Part shown: positions 58,170 to 64,000 of the stretch, one piece after another
How positions within the stretch are numbered: the stretch's first letter is position 1
Layout: every line of letters starts with the position of its first letter
Assembly (NCBI GenBank): GCA_027622665.1
Contig: JAQBYT010000017.1
Span: forward strand, 1 to 64,000
Direction: 5' to 3'
DNA: 64,000 bases
Origin: Verrucomicrobiota bacterium
GTDB taxonomy: Bacteria; Verrucomicrobiota; Verrucomicrobiia; Opitutales; Seribacteraceae
Notes under the pieces: model-generated
Told to the model about the DNA's origin: nothing
Database searches by the model: none
What the model saw: only the letters and a program-made list of their open reading frames with translations
Position numbers and translations under genes: made by a program

Positions 58170-59533
58170 GCAACAAGAAAGCCCGTTCTGTTTTCCGTGC
58201 CGCGGGAAACTCCAAGCCTGTTTCCGAAAAAGTCCCTGAAATGGATCTTCGGCAGACTCAGTCTACAGTGCTTCTCCATCCGACTTTTCGCGTAGTTCGC
58301 GACATCTTTGCCAAGCGTTACGGCTTTGCTGTCTTCGCTTTAGTGGTTTTTTTAAGCGGCGCCTACTGGAGTTCTTCTTTTTTGTCGCCCGAGAAGCCGC
58401 TAATTGCGGAGAAGATGAATGCTCCTGCCAAGCCTTCTGGTTCACCCTCTAGAACTTCGCCTGCCTTGACTCAGCCCGAGGACTATTTCCCGGCGGCCGA
58501 GTTTAGCAAACAATCGGCGATTCTCATTGGTTGCCAAGGACGTCTCCATCTCACGCCGAAGCTTTACCTTGATATCGCCAGAGCCATTGATCGCCGAGTT
58601 CCGCTTTTCGGGGTAGTCAATAGCACAGCGCAAGCCGAGCGAGGCGCCGAACTCATGAGAAGCAACGGTTTACCTGCAGACGCTATGCGATTTCTCGTCC
58701 TTCCTTGCAATACCATGTGGATCCGCGACTACGCGCCCTGCATTGTGCGCGACGACGACGATACCGCCGTCGTCGTCGATGCGAAATACCAAACTCGTGA
58801 CATGCGTGAAAACCGCAAGCAGGATGAACTTATGGGTCTTGAACTGGCTCGATTACTAGGCCTTCCTGCCCGATCCGTTCCCCTGTTGCTTGAAGGTGGC
58901 AACATGCTGAGCAACGGCGACGGGATGTTGTTCACCACGCCCAAGACCTTGGACCTCAACCAACAACGACATTATACCCAAAAACAACTAATGAGCATGT
59001 TTGACGACTATTTGGGCGTGAGAGCCGTCTTTGCCGTCGGGGCACTTCAGGAGGAGCCCAATGGGCATGTCGACATGTTCATGTCGATGCTGGGTAAAAA
59101 CCTCGCGGTAGTCGGAGAAATCACCCGCTCGGGTGACCCCGAAAACCGTGCTGTGCTCGATAAAAACGCTGAATACATTTCGAAGATAACAACTTCCGCT
59201 GGTCCGATTAAGGTCGTTCGCATCCCCATGCCTCCAAGGTCAGGTGACGACTGGCGCTCTTACACTAATGTAATCATGGCCAATGGTGTACTTTTGATGC
59301 CTTCGTATGCTGACGTGGATCCTGCCATCGAGAATCGTGCAGAAGCGGTGTACCGCTCCTTGTTGCCTGGATGGAGCGTCAAACGCATAAACTGCGACAA
59401 GTTGGTCTTTGATCACGGCCAACTGCACTGCATCAGCTATCACATACCGCATTTCGTGTCGATTGAAGGTCTGGTGGAGAACGCTATTCCGAAAGTCTCG
59501 AAAGTCGGAAAAACACTTGTCGTAAACAATTGA
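58166..59533 (+). CDS. Agmatine/peptidylarginine deiminase family protein with N-terminal membrane anchor
   Basis: WIRDYAP, LEGGN, GHVD, SYTN, GQLHCIS; TM FAVFALVVFLSGAYW. Confidence 0.88.
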   Translation: MSNKKARSVFRAAGNSKPVSEKVPEMDLRQTQSTVLLHPTFRVVRDIFAKRYGFAVFALVVFLSGAYWSSSFLSPEKPLIAEKMNAPAKPSGSPSRTSPALTQPEDYFPAAEFSKQSAILIGCQGRLHLTPKLYLDIARAIDRRVPLFGVVNSTAQAERGAELMRSNGLPADAMRFLVLPCNTMWIRDYAPCIVRDDDDTAVVVDAKYQTRDMRENRKQDELMGLELARLLGLPARSVPLLLEGGNMLSNGDGMLFTTPKTLDLNQQRHYTQKQLMSMFDDYLGVRAVFAVGALQEEPNGHVDMFMSMLGKNLAVVGEITRSGDPENRAVLDKNAEYISKITTSAGPIKVVRIPMPPRSGDDWRSYTNVIMANGVLLMPSYADVDPAIENRAEAVYRSLLPGWSVKRINCDKLVFDHGQLHCISYHIPHFVSIEGLVENAIPKVSKVGKTLVVNN

Positions 59534-59704
59534 GAATTAGGCACGACCACGATTGGCTTGAGTTAATACTATTCCTCTCGAAATCATCAGACTTGCTTTG
59601 TGGTGAGGTGAATGCCTAGGTCGGATTCTGCTTTTTGCCTTGGATGATCTTCTAGGGCAATAAATTGAGAGGTAATCCTGTCCCCTTCTTAAGCCTTGAT
59701 TTAC

Positions 59705-60586
59705 TCATCCAGGGCTAGGTGGGGCTAGATAAATTCCTGCGAGTAGAAGAGCGGCTCCAAGGAAGCGCCTGACGAGAACTCCCTTTGGGGCACCCCCCTC
59801 GCTAATTCCGATAAATGATCCGAACCAAGCTACGAAAAGAATGCTCCATAGACCGCGGGAAGCGTAGAAGACATTGGCTTCGGTGGGCACGTCGAAGAAG
59901 CCGATTGCGATAGACATCAGCATTGCCTGAAGCGCCATGGGGATACTTCCCAGAAGGAGCCATTTGTCGGCTTCTTTCCGCCAACCGAGGAAGGGGCCTT
60001 GGCTGACGGGAATTAGAAAAACGGAAAGGAGTCCTACCGTCGCCACCATCACGAAGAGTAAGTGAAACGGGTCGGTGGTCTTGGCGAAGTGTGGTACGAG
60101 GGCGTCAGTGAGTCCGAAACCGGCTGCGGTGAGGATGGCGAGCCCTAGACCGATCAAGGAGGGGCGGTAGTTCTTGGTAGGCCAACCGAGTAACACCACG
60201 GCGATTCCTGCGAGTCCGGCCGCCCACCAAGTCTCAGAGGGCAGGGAGTCCTTGAACCCGAGAAGGACAAGGAATACTGCAACGAAAAGGGATTTCGAGC
60301 CAAGGACGGGAGTGATGACGGAGGCTTCACCCCTACGCAAGGCAAGGAAGCAAGCTGCCTGCGAGGTGAAGAAGAGGAGACCGAGGAGGAGTCCGTTCTC
60401 CAGGGTCGAATAAGTGAACGCTTGCTCGGCAAGGAAGGGGTATGGAATGAAAATGAGGGTGATGAGCCAGTTCGAGTAGGCGAGGGAACGAAAGGTGCCC
60501 GCACCCGTATCCAGGGCTCTCTTGAAGAACAGCGCGGAAATGCCGTACAGGGCTCCCGCGACGAAAGCCAGCAGGAGAGGGGTCAT
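59705..60586 (-). CDS. DMT/EamA family transporter
   Basis: About 10 hydrophobic helices; ALRRGEASVITP. Confidence 0.85.
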   Translation of the reverse strand: MTPLLLAFVAGALYGISALFFKRALDTGAGTFRSLAYSNWLITLIFIPYPFLAEQAFTYSTLENGLLLGLLFFTSQAACFLALRRGEASVITPVLGSKSLFVAVFLVLLGFKDSLPSETWWAAGLAGIAVVLLGWPTKNYRPSLIGLGLAILTAAGFGLTDALVPHFAKTTDPFHLLFVMVATVGLLSVFLIPVSQGPFLGWRKEADKWLLLGSIPMALQAMLMSIAIGFFDVPTEANVFYASRGLWSILFVAWFGSFIGISEGGAPKGVLVRRFLGAALLLAGIYLAPPSPG

Positions 60587-60605
60587 GTGGTCGAGGAAAG
60601 ATTCC

Positions 60606-61988
60606 TCAATTCGGTAATTTCATGAGACGGGGAGAGGCTTTTTCCACCCAACCGGCTTTGCGCTGTCCTTTGCCTGGTTTGTCAACGTCGCCAAGTTCCG
60701 ACCGGGCTTTTTCGGCGAGCGCCAGCAGGCGTTTAACCACATCCGGATGATCGGGCGACACCTCCGTCGTCTCCCCTATGTCTTTATCGAGATCGTACAG
60801 TTGTTGGGGCGCCTTGCCTTCGGGTTTGCCCCAGTTGCGTTTTTTGCTCTCAAGGGCGAGGTGAAGCTTCCACTTTCCCGCCCTAACGCATTGGAGTTGG
60901 TCCATCTGGTAATAGTAAAAGGCCTCGTGCTTGGACTTGGCGCCTTTTTCGCCAAGCAGAATGTCGCTCGCGTCATGCCCGTCGATGGTCTTTTCGGGCA
61001 AGGGTACTCCGGCTAGCTTGGCGAAGGTGGGAAGGAAGTCCAGTGTTGAAATGATTTCGGAACTTTCGGAACCTTCGGGAATCTTGCCCGGCCATCTCGC
61101 GACGCAGGGTACTCGTTGCCCGCCTTCCCACGTTTGTCCTTTACGTCCACGCAGGGGAAAGTTGCTGCCCTTTTGCTGTGAGCCGTTGTCCGAGGTGAAG
61201 AGAACCATGGTGTTTTCATCCACACCCGTGTTTTTGAGAGCCTTGAGTATTTCCCCCGTTGACCAGTCGATTTCCTCAATCGTGTCCCCATAGCGACCGC
61301 GTTCGGATTTGCCTTTGAATCTTGAGCTGGCGAAAAGCGGGACATGGGGGAAAGTATGCGGTAGGTAGACGAGGAACGGTTTGTCTTTGTTCGCGTAGAT
61401 GAAGTTGACTACTTCCTTGGTGTAACGAGGGGTGAGCATCGGTTGGTCGACGGGAGACTCGATAACTCTTTCATTTCTAAGAAGGGGCAACGGCACCTCT
61501 TTGCGATTCATGTCGTTTGAATACGGAATTCCGAAGTAGGAATCGAAGCCCTGTTTGTGAGGCAGGAAGTTCGGGTGATCACCCACATGCCATTTTCCCA
61601 CGCAAATGGTGGCGTAGTCCTTGGCCTTCAACGTTTCCGCTATTGTCGTTTCCTCCGGGTTCAATCCCTTTCGATCCGCGGGGAACAGTACGCAAAGGTT
61701 CTCGTGGTTCACGTGCATGTTCACGCGTCTGGGATAACACCCCGTGAGTAAGCTGGAACGCGAGGGTGTGCACACGCTGCAGGTGGAGTAGAAGCTCGTC
61801 AGTCGCATGCCTTCGGCGGCCATGCGATCGATGTTGGGAGTCTTGATCTTCTTTGCCCCGAAGCATCCGAGATCGGCATAACCCAAGTCGTCGCAGAAGA
61901 TGACCACGAAATTGGGAGGCCTGTCCTCGGCTCTGGCGGAGAGTGTTAAGGTAAACCAGAAAACCAGTACAAGGAAACGACTGTTCAT
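60606..61988 (-). CDS. Cys-type sulfatase (S1 family), secreted
   Basis: PNFVVIFCDDLGY, CTPSRSSLLTG, GKWH, FTSDNG, LRGRKG. Confidence 0.95.
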   Translation of the reverse strand: MNSRFLVLVFWFTLTLSARAEDRPPNFVVIFCDDLGYADLGCFGAKKIKTPNIDRMAAEGMRLTSFYSTCSVCTPSRSSLLTGCYPRRVNMHVNHENLCVLFPADRKGLNPEETTIAETLKAKDYATICVGKWHVGDHPNFLPHKQGFDSYFGIPYSNDMNRKEVPLPLLRNERVIESPVDQPMLTPRYTKEVVNFIYANKDKPFLVYLPHTFPHVPLFASSRFKGKSERGRYGDTIEEIDWSTGEILKALKNTGVDENTMVLFTSDNGSQQKGSNFPLRGRKGQTWEGGQRVPCVARWPGKIPEGSESSEIISTLDFLPTFAKLAGVPLPEKTIDGHDASDILLGEKGAKSKHEAFYYYQMDQLQCVRAGKWKLHLALESKKRNWGKPEGKAPQQLYDLDKDIGETTEVSPDHPDVVKRLLALAEKARSELGDVDKPGKGQRKAGWVEKASPRLMKLPN

Positions 61989-62014
61989 CTCTAAATACTC
62001 TGCCTGTGCTTAAA

Positions 62015-62974
62015 CTACTTTAAGAATTCTTTACTAAGGGCAGCGCACTCGTCGGATGTGCGTTCGCCTTGCTTGATGACCAGTCGATATTTTATGGACA
62101 AGGATTTGCTCGGGGTGATCTCCGTCTTGAAGTAGGAACCGAAACGCCCGTAGTCGCGCTCGCTGTAGAAGGATGGTTTCGGGTTGGATGGGTGATCCAA
62201 GTAGACGGTGAAGTAGCGCTTCCCTCCAACTACGATGCTTTGCCCCTTCCACGGGAGGTCCTTCATGTCCTTATTGCCGGGCCAGTTCTTGGTTTTACCT
62301 TCGGAACCCTTCCCATCGTTCGGGCGGACATAGTAAGTTTGCTTGCCCGTGGATGCGGCCACCTCGTTGGAAGCGCGAAACTGAAAGCCTGCGTGCTGGG
62401 GGTCGCCGTCGAGACTGACCTTGTCCTGCGTTGTGCTTAGATTGGATTCGAAGTCCACTTGCAAGGAGCCGTCCTCTCGGTGGGAAAAGGTGAGCTGGCG
62501 ATGCTCGGTGGCGAACACGGCGCCGTCATCCACCCGCCATGCGATCTCCGTTTTTTGGACGGCCTTGTCTCCGCCTTCTTGAGCGAGGAACTTTTCATGC
62601 GTTTGGTAACCGCCTCTGCAGTGCCAGGTGTCGACTCCAACCTTCTTGCCGTTCTTGTTTTGCGCGGAGCACTTGGAGAACCCAAAGTATATGCCGCGAT
62701 GGTGTGTGAATTTTCCGCCGGGGCCCTTGGTGAGGAACTCTTTGCCATCGGATTGGTAGACGTGATGGAATGGCTTATAGGTGCGCTCGCGGTCATTGGG
62801 ATCCATGCGCTCGTAGACGTAGCGGGCAATGTTCTTTCCGTCTTTTTGCAGGTCGACGTGTTTGCCGGGTTCGTCCTTCCAAGAGAAACCCTTTTCTGCA
62901 AATGCCGAGGGCATGGCGTTGATACATAGGATCACGATGAGGGAGGCCGAAAGGGAAAGGGTTTTATTGCTCAT
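62015..62974 (-). CDS. DUF6807-like (so-called PmoA family) secreted beta-rich protein
   Basis: KPFHHVY, HHRGIYFG, HAGFQFR, LDHPSNP, RDYGRFG. Confidence 0.7.
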   Translation of the reverse strand: MSNKTLSLSASLIVILCINAMPSAFAEKGFSWKDEPGKHVDLQKDGKNIARYVYERMDPNDRERTYKPFHHVYQSDGKEFLTKGPGGKFTHHRGIYFGFSKCSAQNKNGKKVGVDTWHCRGGYQTHEKFLAQEGGDKAVQKTEIAWRVDDGAVFATEHRQLTFSHREDGSLQVDFESNLSTTQDKVSLDGDPQHAGFQFRASNEVAASTGKQTYYVRPNDGKGSEGKTKNWPGNKDMKDLPWKGQSIVVGGKRYFTVYLDHPSNPKPSFYSERDYGRFGSYFKTEITPSKSLSIKYRLVIKQGERTSDECAALSKEFLK

Positions 62975-63130
62975 GATTGTTGTTCTTGGATTGTTGTCGA
63001 AAAGGTGGTTCAGCAAATGCTTGGTTGCTCTCTTTTCCAAGCGTAATCTTGGGTTTCCTTATTTTAAGATTTTAATGAAACTGCTCAAACGAAACTGGTA
63101 TTGCATTCAATTATAGTTATTTTGAATTCC

Positions 63131-64000
63131 GTGATTTATAGATATCTACCGTTTTTCTCTCTTTCTTCCTTCGTGATTCCGGCGACTGCCCAAATAGACT
63201 TCCAAAAGGAGGTCTTGCCCATATTGCAGGATCGCTGCATTGAGTGCCACAAAGCGCCCTACGAGCAAAACGGTAAATTGAAGAAGCCCAAGGCGGGACT
63301 TCGTCTCGATGGCGGCGTTCACATCCTTCACGGTGGCGACGACGGCAAGGTGATTGCCCCCAATCACCCCAGTGAAAGTCCTTTGTATCGACGAATCACG
63401 CTTCCGTCGGATGACGACGACGTGATGCCGCCCAAGGGCGATCCTCTCACCTCCTCTCAGCAGGAAGTGATTCGCAAGTGGATTGCCCAAGGAGTAGATT
63501 TCGGCACTTGGGTAGGCGCCACTGATGGAGCCGAAAAGTACGTCGATGGAGTTCAGGCTAAAGTTGAATATTCCCCTTCTTACCACAAGTTTTACGATGA
63601 AGTGGCCAAGGGCTTGAAGCCACTACCCGAGGAAACATTGAGCAAAGTTCGTGAAAGCACTGGAGCCTTGGTTCGTTCCATCGGGATAGGAAGCTCCTTG
63701 CTTGAAGTACGTTTCCTCGCAGAGTCAGCAAGCTCCGGAGACGAGGATCTCGCCAAGCTAGCGCCCCTTCGGCAGCACATCTGCAAGCTCGACCTCGCTC
63801 GTACCAAAGTGACGAGCGAATGTTTCGCGACCCTCAAGACCTTTCCGCGCATTACGCGCCTTGATCTGAGAGATACAAAGGTTTCCGACGCCAATCTCGA
63901 GGAATTGTCGGGATTGAAGTACTTGAGCTACCTAAATCTTGGAGGAACTGAGGTAGGTGACGCAGGTCTTCGCAAACTTGGCAAGTGCAAGAGCCTGCGC
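63131..64000 (+). CDS. Planctomycete-type cytochrome c domain plus leucine-rich-repeat protein (partial, runs off window)
   Basis: GTG start; IDFQKEVLPILQDRCIECH...KAGLRLD, MPPKG, RKWIAQG; later LDLARTKVT, LDLRDTKVSD, LNLGGTEVGD repeats. Absent from the supplied ORF track. Confidence 0.88.
   Translation, partial: MIYRYLPFFSLSSFVIPATAQIDFQKEVLPILQDRCIECHKAPYEQNGKLKKPKAGLRLDGGVHILHGGDDGKVIAPNHPSESPLYRRITLPSDDDDVMPPKGDPLTSSQQEVIRKWIAQGVDFGTWVGATDGAEKYVDGVQAKVEYSPSYHKFYDEVAKGLKPLPEETLSKVRESTGALVRSIGIGSSLLEVRFLAESASSGDEDLAKLAPLRQHICKLDLARTKVTSECFATLKTFPRITRLDLRDTKVSDANLEELSGLKYLSYLNLGGTEVGDAGLRKLGKCKSLR

Noticed and set aside
62015..62974. Methane monooxygenase (PmoA label)
   Set aside because: Soluble secreted beta-rich protein, no multi-pass TM helices and no pmoCB; the family name is misleading
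63146..63894. Minus-strand ORFs of 146 and 100 aa
   Set aside because: Antisense to the cytochrome c/LRR gene running off the window

Overview
Bacterial chromosomal window, probably from a Verrucomicrobiota/Opitutales-like organism. This is inferred from the gene repertoire (PVC-type PQQ propellers, DUF1080, sulfatase, planctomycete cytochrome c domain), not from a marker gene. Bases 1-3.7 kb look like a decayed integrative island: a frameshifted FGE-domain lipoprotein gene, an origin-like inverted repeat, cargo genes, and a truncated tyrosine integrase (one in-frame stop, one frameshift) abutting the 3' end of tmRNA (ssrA, 3671-4048, minus strand). Next come ppk1, a TonB/TolA-like gene, and a 1990-aa surface protein with a CxxCH/Reeler-like N-terminus, a PQQ propeller, 17 InlB-type repeats and a nested cupredoxin-like domain. 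The best candidate for an undescribed system is the self-contained sigma-54 module at 13.5-20.4 kb. It comprises an NtrC-family activator, twin palindromic enhancer sites with a -24/-12 promoter, two paralogous secreted helical proteins (one with 15 His-bearing repeats), a duplicated structured RNA/terminator element around a 25-codon ORF, an outer-membrane barrel and a histidine kinase. The rest is mostly housekeeping (sucAB-lpdA, mnmA, rph, purH, two pal paralogs) and carbohydrate catabolism. Other oddities: mtnA coupled to a fused aldolase/SDR, a degenerate flagellin-like gene with a Zn-ribbon partner, a FecR-domain protein ending in CxxCH next to an alginate-export-type porin, and a membrane-anchored agmatine/peptidylarginine deiminase. 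All family assignments come from motif recognition by eye; no searches were run.
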